Below are positions 36,826 through 49,640 of a DNA stretch of 64,000 nt, one piece after another (the stretch's first letter is position 1; the number at the start of each line of letters is the position of its first letter). The stretch is from the NCBI GenBank assembly GCA_045837725.1, contig JBEWZL010000200.1:62001-126000 (forward strand), read 5' to 3'. This DNA comes from Vermamoeba vermiformis. Lineage: Eukaryota. Position numbers and translations under genes: made by a program. Below the pieces are notes generated by a model. It ran no database searches, was not told the origin of the DNA, and worked only from the letters and a program-made list of their open reading frames with translations.

Positions 36826-38524
36826 TCAATGCCAGTCAAAATGATGCTTGATCCGATCGAACCTCTGGGCGTTCAGATCGTGTTGATGAATAGTAACTTC
36901 CATTAAGCCATTGTCACCAAACATCCAATCCTGATCCGTCTCCACTTCCATAAGCAGCCGATCTTGACATTGGTGCGGGAAATCACGCGAGCAAACGATA
37001 TGATCGCTATGGTAGCTATTATACATTCGCTCTTCATGTCCGTTTTTGGCAGACGGAGCACAACTCCGAAGGTTCATCTCGTCGCAGTACTTCGCCAGAC
37101 AGGCCTCGTATGTCCTTTGAAATGGCGTGCTCAATCCTAACAGCGCGTGCTTGCCATACTTCTTGCGTAGAAAATTCGTGATTGTGGTGAGAGCGAGGTC
37201 TTCGTCGTCTGTCAAATCAAACAGCGGCAAGTTGTGCGAGTACTTCCCGATCGTGAGGATCTGCGTGAACTCCGCGCGACAAGACTTGTAGATGTGTCGC
37301 GCCTTCTCGGAATTTGTGCCCACAGGTCTCGTTCTGATTAACTTTTCGTTTGTGTTAGACGCGTAGAAGTGAAGTTTAGCGTTGCTGTGAAGGTTCTTGT
37401 TGTCACTGTTAACGAGCACGTAATATATTCCGCGCTTTGGCAATAATCGCCTAATATGGAAATCATCGGGGATATCTTCAAGATTCAATTGAAATAGCAG
37501 CTGCGGGATTTCTAAGCCCTTTTCCGATTTGAACTTCGACTCGAGCCAACTCTCGGGCAGATCGGGACATCCTCCGAACTTGCTTCGTCCTACAGGTATG
37601 TTGTCTTTATTGGGCTCGGGGACTGTATTAATTCGCACCTGCCAGTACATTTGATAGGCTGCTTTGTATAGAGCTCGGTCGTTCTTGAAACGGCTCGTAG
37701 ACTTGCATCCGTAACTCGTTCTTGTGATCTTCAAGCAGCTTCTTTAAATACTCTCCTTTATCTCTGACCTCTATAATAATATGTTAGTACTGTTTAAACA
37801 AATGTTTGCAATTGATTAGCGAGAACGGATCTCGCGATCAAGCGCAGTTGGAGATCTCATCGTACGTACCTCTTATTTTCGATATCCACTTGCGCCACGA
37901 GATATTTCCTAATTTAGGCACACCCTCTTCTTTCGTAATTTTAATTGCGTTTGCGGGATCGAATGACAGTTTGGCACGTCGCAGTTTTCCGCACCACCGG
38001 TCCCATAGAGCTTGATTGTGGCTATTGACGATATCAATCCACAGCCGGAAGTGCGGAGAAGAGCTCAATTCCTATGTGATTCAAGTTGTTAGCTGCAGTT
38101 TCAAATTTTATGATTAATCCGTTACCTCGTGCAACGTGAACCATTCAGCCAATGCAACACTTTGCCATTGCTTGCAAACGTGAAGTAAATATTTTGCATC
38201 AACGAGCGAGAATATGTAATGCTGAATCTCGGCTGGTAAGGAGCGCCAACATTTGGAACGGATGGCGCTATTTAATTTTGCAATTTTAGAATTAATATTC
38301 GCGCTATAATTTTTTGTGTCAATGCTGTCTAATATATTTTGTGCTTGGCTAATATTCCCTTGATTTATAAGCGCTAATGATTTTTGTAAGATGGCGTAGA
38401 TGTTGCCAGGATTTGCTAACAGAATTTGATCTACGAGCTTAAGCGCCAGACTCGTATTATTGGCATCAATTAATGTTGCAACATGGTGCAATTGCTTCTT
38501 CAGCGCCTCAGATGAGATGTCCAT
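36826..38524 (-). CDS. TPR + F-box + DUF1963/YwqG-like protein
   Basis: TPR-like helices, WRSLPAEIQHYIFSLV F-box, SKFGGCPDLP..LLFQLNL..LLPKRG..WMFGDNG..IHQHDL..RFD. Confidence 0.75.
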
Positions 38525-38774
38525 CTGTCAATTCGCAACGGTAACTTGAAGTAATTATTACTTTAAGGCTGGTCTGCGCACGTAACTTTGTAGTACTGAA
38601 CTAACATCCGTGTATTCATCAACACAACTTTGAACGAAAAGGCAAAACCGAAAAATTCTGGATGCCAAAAAGCGAAAAATCGAAAGCGGAGCGTTCGGTA
38701 CAAAAAAGAAAGAAAGGATTCTTCTTACTTCAAATCACATCGCCACGAACAACAAAACACAGTGCAATCTTCAA

Positions 38775-39955
38775 ATGAAAGCAGTCTTGGTATTGCTTTT
38801 CGCTACCAGCGCGATGGCCGACAACACCCGAAGTTACGAACCACCAGTGACCTCTATCATATTTAGTAAGCTCCGTAACACGATAGCCTTCTTGTATGAC
38901 ATATTAATAAGTATTTCAGCGATCATTTTTGGCACCGTTTCGGTTCTTAACGTGATCTGGCTTGTAAAGCTCAGGCGACGAAAAATTGACACTGCTCCTC
39001 TAAATGTTGAGAAGTAAGTAATTAACTATCAAAAAAATTTAAATGACGAAAAGAAAGTAATTTGAGCGGATCTTATTCGCGCATACGACTAAAAATGAGG
39101 ATTAATCTAGATTTTTAGGCAAACGTTAGTAAATTCAACACTTCCCGAGGGAGTAGTTGCGAGCAACATCAATGTTTCCGATAAGAGTCGTCCTAGCTTG
39201 TTACGCGAAGTTCGTCAGGATGAGCAGCTCGCTTGGGCTCACGAAAGGCCTGCTCCAAGTAAGTACTATACAATTACTAAACATATATAATATTCATTAT
39301 GCTGATGTAACTAATTTCTTCAGTGATGCAAAACCTTACCGTCTTTTTGATCTTGGCTACTTTCTTGTCCGTCGGTACATTCGCTGTTGCCTTGTCATTT
39401 TCTTTTGTGCAAGGTTATATCGACATTGTTTTCTTAACTTTGTACTGTCCTATAGCTTTCATTGTGTAAGTTGAAATGTTTCCAAATCTGGATTTCGCGA
39501 ATCCAGTACTTACTTTTTTTTTAGTGGCATTTTCGATCTCACAACCTTTCTTGTCTCCAAACAAGTGAGCTCCTCTGTGATCTACGCAGTCACTAGCAAA
39601 CGAGTTTTCATTTTTTCATCGGTGAGATCTGGTGGTTGCTGCGGCGGAAAAAATCGAAACAGTGCGTGCTTATGACCTCGATGGCATTCATCAAACTACA
39701 ATCACTCGAAAGGATGACGGTAGTGGTACTTTGACTTTCAGCGCTAGTGCTGTTGATGAGGGTACGTTGTCAAATGATCTGCTTGCGATCCAAAAAATTT
39801 CCGCTAACTTACAATGAATGATAGATTTCAACCACCATGACCACCACAATTACGGCTTGTCCTTCGCCTTCACTGACATCCCCAATGTTACCGCGGTCAA
39901 GGATCTGATCGAGCAGTACAAAAGTCTCAGAAAGAAACAAGCTGTTAACCATTAA
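38775..39955 (+). CDS. Membrane protein with a bacterial-PH-like C-terminal domain, copy 1 (extra A at 39648-39653 shifts the frame)
   Basis: Signal peptide, TM segments, IYAVTSKRVFIF..DGSGTLTF..IPNV; paralogue of copies 2 and 3. Confidence 0.65.
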
Positions 39956-40155
39956 CAAACTTAAGTAGTAGTCAGTTGTACGGTATAATATATGCTGTTA
40001 ATTATTCGTGTTCAATTCTCGTGTAATTTCTGGATGCCAAAAACGCGAAAAATCGAAAGCGGAGCTTTCGGTACAAAAAGTAAAGAAAGGATTCTTCTTA
40101 CTTCAAAAACATCATATCATTGCCACGAACAACAATGGTCGCACTTAATTTTCAA

Positions 40156-41356
40156 ATGAAAGCAGTCTTGGTATTGCTTTTCGCTACCAGCGCGATGGCC
40201 AACCATACCCGTGGTTATGATCCTCCAGTGACCTCTATCATATTTAGTAAGCTCCTTAACACGATAGCCTTCTTGTATTACATACTAATACGTATTTCAG
40301 CGATCATTTTTGGAACAGTTTCGGTGCTTCATGTGATCTGGCTTGTAAAGCTCAGGCGACGAAAAATTGATACTACTCCTTTAAATATTGAGAAGTAAGT
40401 AAATTAAAATACTGTCAAAAAATTTTAAATGACGAAAAGAAAGAAATTTGAGCGGATCTTATTCGCGCATACGACTAAAAATGAGGATTAATCTAGATTT
40501 TTAGGCAAACGTTGGTAAATTCAACACTTCCCGAGGGAGTAGTTGCGAGCAACATCAATGTTTCCGATAAGAGTCGTCCCAGCTTGTTACGCGAAGTTCG
40601 TCAGGATGAGCAGCTCGCTTGGGCTCACGAGAGACCTGCTCCAAGTAAGTACTATATAATACTAAACGTAGATAATATTCGTTATGCTGATGTAACTAAT
40701 TTCTTTAGCGATGCCAAGCGTTATCGTCTTTTTGATCCTTGCTACTATCTTGTCCGTCAGTACATTCGCTGTTGCCTTGTCATTTTCTTTTGTTATGCAA
40801 GGTTATATCGACATTGTTTTCTTAGCTTTGTACTGTCCCACAGCTTTCCTTGTGTAAGTTGAAATTCATTTCCAAATCTGGATTTCGCGAATCCATTACT
40901 TTTTTTTTTAGTGGCATGTTCGATCTCACCGCCTTTATTGTCTCCAAACAAATGGGCTACTCTGTGATCTACGCAGTCACTAGCAAACGAGTTTTCATTT
41001 TTTCATCGATGAGAGCTGGTGGTTGCTGCGGCGGAAAGATCGAAACAGTGCGTGCTTATGACCTCGATGGCATTCATCAAACTACACTCACTCGAAAGGA
41101 TGACGGTAGTGGTACTTTGACTTTCAGTGCTGCTGCTATTGCTGACGGAGGTTCGTACCAAATCCGGATCACGAGTGATTAGAAAATATCTTTAAATCGC
41201 TTAACCATGAACTTATTTTTGTTATTAATAGCATATCATGGCCAACAACATCACTATGGCATGTTTGCCTTCACTAACATCCCCAATGTTACCGCGGTCA
41301 AGGATCTGATCGAGCAGTACAAAACTCTCAGAAAGAAACAAGCTGGTAACCAGTAA
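40156..41356 (+). CDS. Membrane protein with a bacterial-PH-like domain, copy 2
   Basis: Tandem duplicate of copy 1, including upstream DNA from ~40028 (matches ~38656). Confidence 0.7.
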
Positions 41357-41544
41357 ATTTCTACAATACGCAATAAACTACTGGAGTCCTTCCTTTATTT
41401 CGTTCGAGTTTAAGCTGTTTGAATTTTGGCCAAAATTGGCAAATCCTGTTTTTTTTCGTTCGCGCAAACTCATTCTTAAAATCACGTTTCTTTCTAATAT
41501 TCATCATCAAAGCAAATTTAAATTAAGACAAAATAATCAAAAAT

Positions 41545-42883
41545 ATGTCGTGGTACAATGCAGTAAGTACGAAACACGATCACCATTTTTTAATTATTTG
41601 TTTAGTCACTTAATTTGTTTAGTACGGCATATTTCAAAATATATATAACATTTTAGAATATTCTACGTTTAATTGTAATATTTTTCGCCACAGGTTCTGG
41701 CACCTACCAAATTAACTCGGATTTCGGAAGGACCCAAGCTTGTCATAATTGGAGAAGATGTACTATCCATACTAGATGATATTAAGCAATGGAACATTAA
41801 TTATCAAATCAACGAGATTTGTTTTGAGCTGAATTCGATGACAACCCGCGAGCACATCCAACTCCTTTTTGACGCAATTGAAGAGTACAATAGCAATAGC
41901 AATCGTTGCAATATCGAAATTATGACGCTAAAAGTTGCAAGGGACGAACAGATGTATCGACCACACAAGCTATTCGGCTCACTCACAAAACTGAACGGTC
42001 TTCACTGCCCAACAAAGTATTTCAAATTGGATATTCCTTGCATTGGAACTTGGACTAATTTATTCACTGAAATCGCTGCAACACTTGCAAGTGGAACGAA
42101 TTTCAACCAATTCTCATTCGCGGATGTCAAAATTTTCCTTACTGTGATATTCCAGTTGAAGGATTCAAAGAATTCTGTGAATATTTTATCCATAATAAGG
42201 ACCGATCGCTATCATTGGAAATGAAAGGATTATCTTTCTCTGAACCAACAGTACCGCATCTACATCGGCTGATCCGAGAATCAAAAGGACTGACGAATCT
42301 AATGCTTACAATGCATTTTACCGATGTGACTGAAGTAACCATATTCGAAGTATTGGCTAATAGCAGCGTCAAGACATTGTACTTGGAACTACAAGACGCA
42401 AGAGTCAAATCGAATCGAAATCTGTACACTGCGATCGGAAAAATGATTGGCAACTCTCCAATGTTAGAAGATTTAACGATACAGTTTTATAGCTATAATT
42501 TGAAAGACGATGACATAAGAAATGGATTAAAAGCGACGCAGTCTTTGCGGAAACTTAAGCTTTGGCTGCTAGCCCCACTAGACAATCTGTCCATATTGCC
42601 AGAAAACGAATCAGTAGTAGAATACTGCGCTGTTCGATATGCAGATATACCGCTTCGTAACAGAAAATTGCAGAACGATCGGGTCCGATCGATGATAGTG
42701 CTGTTGTACAATATTGCACGATCAAGTCATTGCAAAAATTCATCAGACGAATCAATGCCAGTACTACCACGTGACGTTTGGGCGTTGATCGTGTCACATG
42801 TCAAATATCCAGGAGTGACACTTGACTTTGGTCCAATTGCACGATCAATCTTCAAAGACCAATCAATTAGACGTGTAATATAA
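41545..42883 (+). pseudogene. RNI-like LRR protein with C-terminal F-box-like motif, frameshifted near 42140
   Basis: Paralogue of 43165-44538; 8 nt instead of 6 between the F and D codons at ~42138-42145. Confidence 0.65.
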
Positions 42884-43164
42884 AATGAGGAGATATAAAC
42901 ATGTTTATAGGTGTTCAGCGAACTGACAAAACCTCATTTGGTGGATCGAGATGAAACGTGAAAAATCGTCGCCACGCAACATCGTTTTATTTGGCATTGA
43001 GTGGTTCAGAGAGAGAAATATTTTTAGGAACTAATCTCGGTTTAATTCACTTTAGCTTCCGTATCTTGACCGGTCACTTTTCAACGGATTTTCTTTTTTG
43101 TTGCTTTTGTCATTGGCTCAGCACCACAAGATTGCCTCAAAATTATTTTTATATCAATATAGTC

Positions 43165-44538
43165 ATGTCGCAGAGCAATGAGGTAATCATTTAAATTAGA
43201 TCGGTCAAAGATTTCGAATTATCTTTTAATTTTCTTGTTTATCAACTGTTATGATTTTATTATCGACCCAAAATTTATCTATGGAAGTATTATTATGTAT
43301 ATTAATTATTATGCACTCAGATAACAATATCAAAGAAAGACACCAGAATTTTGAATTACTCGAGCGTTAAAAAAGTCAGCATTGCTCTAAGCCAGTTTGC
43401 AGAGGACATTAAATATATTTTTGATGATATTAAGCAACCGAATATGAATTATCAAATCAACGAGATCCATTTTGATTTGGATGCGAAAACAACCCGCGAG
43501 CACATCCAACTCCTGTTTGATGCAATTAAGGAGTACAATAACAATAATAATCGCTGCAATATAGATCTTGTGACTTTGGAAGTCAACGAAGATGACAGTT
43601 CACGTGCACCGCTCAATACAAAACTGAACGGTCTTCACTGCCCAACGAAGTATTTCAAATTGGATGTTCCTAGCATTGAAAATTGGACTAATTTATTCAC
43701 TGAAATCACAGCAATACTTTCAAGTGGAACGAATTTCAATCAGTTCTCATTCGCACAGCTAACTCTGTTTGGCGACGATGTTCCAGCGGAAGGATTCAAA
43801 GAATTCTGCGAATACTTTATTGAGCATAATGACAAATTAGTATCACTGGAATTGGCGCATGTAACGGTCACCACACCGGCAATACCACATCTAGCTCAGC
43901 TGATCCAACGATCAAAAGCATTAACGAAGCTGAAATTTGGGTTAGATTGTGAAAAGGACTCTAGATATGACATATTTGATGCTTTGGCAGACAGTAGCGT
44001 GAGGATTTTACAGATGGTGCTTTACGACTACCTCATGCCGGATCTGTACTCTTCGGTCGGAAAAATACTAGCCAATTCTCCGAAATTAGAAGATTTATGT
44101 TTAACTGTGTTTAATGATGCCATAGTGGATAATATCGACTTTAAAAATGGATTAAAAATGGCACAGTCTTTGCGAAAGTTGGAACTCATTTTGAAGTCTC
44201 CGCTCAATGACCTGTCAATGCTACGAGAGAACGAATCAATAGTAGACTGTGAATTATATCGTAACACTGATAAAGGGCAGATCAAAGAGATAACACTTCG
44301 TAACAGAAAACTTCAAAACGAACGAGTTCGATCGATGATAGTGCTGTTGTACAATATTGCACGATCCAGTAATTGCTATAATTCATCAAATGAATCAATG
44401 CCAGTACTACCACGTGACGTTTGGGCGTTGATCGTGTCACATGTCAAATATCCAGGAGTGACACTTGACTTTGGTCAAATTGCACGATCAATCTTCAAAG
44501 ACCAATCGATTAGACGTGTCATACATCGTGTAAAATGA
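43165..44538 (+). CDS. RNI-like LRR protein with C-terminal F-box-like motif
   Basis: Tiny exon 1 (MSQSNE), intron, long exon with LxxLxL repeats ending PVLPRDVWALIVSHV. Confidence 0.7.
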
Positions 44539-44842
44539 CTCTAATAAATGAAGCATTGATGACGAGGAATATTTGCTTACAAGCCGCTCCATCTCGGATG
44601 CGGTTGATCCTGAAGTTGCAAGATCGCTCGAGCGTCTCCAAAACTAAACTTGTTTTGATCATCAGAAAGGGACTTGCCAAAAGTCTCGTCAATGAATTAA
44701 TACAGATTTTTCGGTGGACCGTTCCAGAACGAAATTCGCAAATACGAAAATGTGCGATCGGAAAAAAAAATGAGATAAAAATCTTTGGCCCTCGAGTAAT
44801 TTTAGTTATCAAAACTTATCGATCGAGTTACAACGGTTGAGA

Positions 44843-46103
44843 ATGAAAGTTCTTATGGTTCTATTGTCTGCTACCGCCGTATTGGCAAGCCACACCCACA
44901 CATCTCCGTCCTACTCCACCAACCCTCCGCCTTTTCCGGCTACTTCCTTGGCATTCAGTAAGTCAATAGTATTTTTAGTATGTGCACAATATTAATTTAC
45001 GATAATAGCTATTATCTTCTCGGTAGTAACGCTTTTGAATGTTTTTTGGATCATTAAAGTCGCTAGAGCGAAGTCAAACCCGACCTCTGCAGACTTAGAA
45101 AAGTGAGTAAATATTATTGATCAATAATCAAATTATTTATATTCGTAATTGCGAAATTTAATAATTAATAAAACTATCTTGCGAAATCTGCTTTTGTTTA
45201 CGCTCGTTTTACGCATTTACCTAAGCAATATTAATCACTAATATTTTGAGCAGTCAATCATTGGTAAACTCAACATTGCCCGAAGGTGTGGTGTCAACAA
45301 ACATCACTGTCTCCGCAAAAAGCCGTCCTAGCTTGCTCGGAGAACTTCGTCATGACGAGCATCTTGTTTGGGCCCACGAAACCGGCTCTCCTTGTAAGAT
45401 ACAAGACCTTTTGTTGTTGTAGTTACAGCTCGATCTGACCAGATTTGATTTTTAGTGCGTAACGGCATCATTATTTTATTGGGCATCTCTTTGTTCTTCG
45501 CTGTTGGTGGTTTGGCCACTTCTATTGCATTCTTATGTGTATTGGACGGCGATATTGACGTTGTTTTCCTTTCGATGTGGATGCCGATCATTTTTACCAA
45601 GTAAGATTCGAAAATTGCTGGATCTTCGTTTCCAATCTAATTTTATTCTCTTTCGTAGCTTAATGTTCTACATGATTGCTGGATTAATGCAAAAGATGTC
45701 TGCTAACTCGATTATCTTTGCTTTGACTAGCAAACGAGTTTTCATTTTTTCGTCGATGAGATCTGGTGGTTGCTGCGGCGGAAAGATCGAAACAGTGCGT
45801 GCTTATGACCTCGATGGCATTCATCAAACCACACTCACTCGAAAGGATGACGGTAGTGGTACTTTGACTTTCAGTGCTGCTGCTATTGCTGACGGAGGTT
45901 CGTACCAAATCCGGATCACGCGTGATCCAAAAACATCTTAAAATCGCTTAAACATGAACTTATTTTTGTTATTAATAGCATATCATGGCCACCACCACCA
46001 CTTTGGCATGTTCGCCTTCACTAACATCCCCAATGTTACCGCGGTCAAGGATCTGATCGAGCAGTACAAAACTCTCCGAAAGAAACAAGCTGGTAACCAG
46101 TAA
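44843..46103 (+). CDS. Membrane protein with a bacterial-PH-like domain, copy 3
   Basis: Same exon layout; divergent 5' half, 3' end nearly identical to copy 2. Confidence 0.7.
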
Positions 46104-46814
46104 ATTTCCTAATATTATAATACTATTAGCCATAGTTTGCTAATGCAATATTTAATTGTAAATTTTATTACCTTTGTACATACAAAAAAAAACAAAAATT
46201 AAAAAAAATGTTCAACGCGAGGTCGCAAGCTCTTGCGCTGGACTACAAACATTTAGTATCTAATATTAATCGCGTAGTATTAATATACTCCTAATAGAGA
46301 AGCTAAATGAAATACAGGTTGATCTGAAGGCAGATTAATTTTCATTTCGATGCTAAAGAGGGACTACGCTGATGGACAAGTAACAATATTATCGAACGCT
46401 TCCTTCGACGTACGTTAGAGGGAGATTCGTTAAAATGTCAGCGGATTTAGGTACGTTTCGGTAACGCGATAGCTTCGAATCATTATGATAACATATGATA
46501 TTATGGTCTAATGGATCTTGACATTTGTCTCGAAACAACCGTACTGGACTTATTTATCAAAATTATGCGCAGTGCGTGTTAGGGGATCCACTGAATCATT
46601 TGTTATTTTCGGACTTTTCAATGGAGACAACCCGACAGCTGCCATTATACTGCGGGTCGAATTAAATTGCTTGCTTTATTAGTACCAGAATCCACTAATA
46701 GGACAGTTTAGTCCACACTTTTGAATCACATCATCAAAAAGTGAATCACTCCGCCCGTTAAATGAGAATCTTTTCGTCTCGAACCATAATCTATTTGATT
46801 CAATCGAGTCCAAA

Positions 46815-49223
46815 ATGACCACAACTCGTGTCGTATTTTTATTAGCCTGTTTTGTGGCCTTATCATACGGCTGGACCATCGCCGTTGGCCAGACTTATTT
46901 CCCTGACTGCAGCGGTGAGTTGAACTCGAACTGGCATTTGAATTTCGATGCGGATAAGAATCTAATCGCAGGTTGTAATTAGCGCAACCTTCTTCATACT
47001 GCAAACGCGACAACTGCAATATTTGGTATGTGGATCCGGTTGGAGGCTCAGTCGACGGAGATGGAACTTCTTCTAAGTAAGTCTTTGATGTTATAATAGA
47101 AAGTATATTAACTCAAATAGATTGATAATTTTTTCTTTTTTTTATGCCCACCCCACAATACTTGAGCGCAATATTATTTTTTCTTGATGTAGATATTAGC
47201 TACTTATTCTCCGGTAAATTAGATCAAATTACTGCGGTTTGTGTAATTTTGACAGATGTGTCACGCGGTCCAAATAACCTTTTTACGACTATTCGCCGCT
47301 GGAAATTTCTGTAATAGGCAGAAGATCTTCTTCTATTTTATCTATTATACTTATTACTCTAATGGAAAACTGCTCGTTTGAAACTTTCATTAACGACGTC
47401 TTCAAATAGCCCTGGGATCAACACGACCTTCGTTTTAAATAACATTCGATCAAAAATGATCGGCAAAGATGTTTACAAAGGTCCTGTTCCGGTTCCCGAC
47501 GATTTATTCAGCCAGTTGCCCGACAGAAATCCGAACGGCGTGATCTTGCCTGGAGACGTAGTCGTATTTCGTAGTGGAAATTATCCTCGTCTCGATATCA
47601 GAAACTACTTACTTCAAACTCCTATTACCTTTGTTGGAGAGCCTGGAGCTCGTCCGGTCATCGATCGCCTCGTCTTGCTTCGTACATCCAACTTCATTTT
47701 TGCTTGCTTGAACTTTACAGCCTCAGATGCCTCTAACGTTGAGGACCATGTCGTAACCTTTAGTCCTATCAATTATATGGGTAAGTGGAGTCCACCACAA
47801 TGAGTTTTAGATTTTTTCTGAATCCGATCTGATCTCTTTTGTTCTCGACAGGGGCGCCATCGTATTACAATATATTCACAAAGAATACTATCTTCTGCTA
47901 CCCCGATATCAGCGTATTCAGAGGCAAGACTCAAGATCACATCTTTAACGCCAGCATCGGTGGATTTTTCACTCGCGATGCACTGTACACTGAAGTGTCT
48001 TACAACTACCTCTATAACCTCAAGTAAGACAAGTTAACTTTATTACTCTTAAGAATACTTCTTTGTATTATTTCTACTAAGCCAATTTGAATGCGAGAAC
48101 CCAGATCCGGAAGAATTTTTTTGTTGCTCTTCGCGGAAATTTATTCCTTACTAACCTTAATTTTTTTCAAGGCGTGGTTTCAGTGGCATGAGCGCGTACA
48201 CGACCTACAAATGGAATGTGATCAATTACTTCATCGGCGATGGTTTCAGAGTGCTTCAAAACAACACTATTGTCGAGCACAATCTCGTCATGAACAGCAT
48301 GAACGTCGATAACAATCAAGATCATCGTGACGGCGTTCAATTTTTCACTAACGGCAATGCCTACAGTTTGACCGACATAATCATTCGCAACAACGTGTTC
48401 ATCGCTGATTTGGACAAGACCAGACCGTTCTTTTCAGGATTCCAAGGCATTTGTACGCATCAGCTTTTTTTGACATATTGACACTTTGACACTTGTACTG
48501 TCATTTGACATTATTGACATTTCTAACTTGTTAAAATATACTAACGTGTATTATAATAGCTGGTTTCGACGTTCCGTTGAACAATGTAACGGTCGAGAAC
48601 AATTTGGTTGTGACCATTTGGAACTGGCACGGAATTTCGTTGTGGAAGGCTTCGAACAGCAAAATCATTGGCAACACCGTCTTGGACGTGTCCGGAAACT
48701 ACACTTTTTACCCTTGGATTTCAACCGTAAGTCATAATTTCCTTTTTTGGGTTCTTATGCAAGATCACGTGACTTACCGACCTTTCACAGAATATGGGAG
48801 GAACTGGTAACATCGTCCAAAACAACATTGCCCACGCGGCAGTACAACTCGATGGTGTCGTTAATATGAACTCTAACGCATTGAAGCGCTGGACCGTGCA
48901 AGATCTAGAAAATTTGTTCGTGGATCCGTTCAATTTTAACTTGCGATTGAAATAACGGTTCTAATCCTTTCATTGGCACTGGCAATTCTACGAACGCACC
49001 GACTATTGATAATGACGGAAATATTCGTGGCGGAGACTATGATATTGGTTGTTATGCCTATCATCCGCTCGATCCGAACACCAACGCGCCTACAATTGGC
49101 AACGCTCCTAGTGTCAACTCGAACAACCCTTCGAACTTATCGCGTGGTGTCTCGATGACAGATGTCAACGGATCTATTGTCGCGATGATAAGTCTCATCG
49201 CTTGTCTTGTACTTTATTTATAA
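46815..49223 (+). CDS. Secreted, probably GPI-anchored right-handed parallel beta-helix (pectate-lyase-like fold) protein; +1 frame break at ~48951
   Basis: Signal peptide, WYVDPVGGSVDGDG, PGDVVVFRSGNY, repeated xxNNxx strands, DHRDGVQFF, tail DNDGNIR..DIGCY and hydrophobic C-terminus. Confidence 0.75.
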
Positions 49224-49640
49224 TTCATTTTAGTAAATAGCTGAATGCTTACAATGCTTTGGTAGTACTAGATTCAATCAATTAGAACTAACGATACTTT
49301 TGACTCGGATGTACGGCACCGAAAATAATTCCATTTATAGTATTTGAGTTGAACTCGAGTGTCTCTGTATTTGATCAGTTAGTGTAAACTTTTATAGATC
49401 GGTGGTTGAATCACTCACTTTGATAATAGTGATCGCTGATCAGTCTCCGCCGGTGAACCGAATTTCAGCCAACTCCTCGATACATCGCAAAATGCACTCA
49501 ATTACGAAGCTCTATAACCTAGAATTCTAAAAGAATGTCAATCACAGAAACGTAGGTAAATCTGCCTGTCCACAATTCAGCGAGTTTGATGAGGATAAAT
49601 TTTTTAATTTGAACCATTTTGATTTGATTGAGCCACCACA

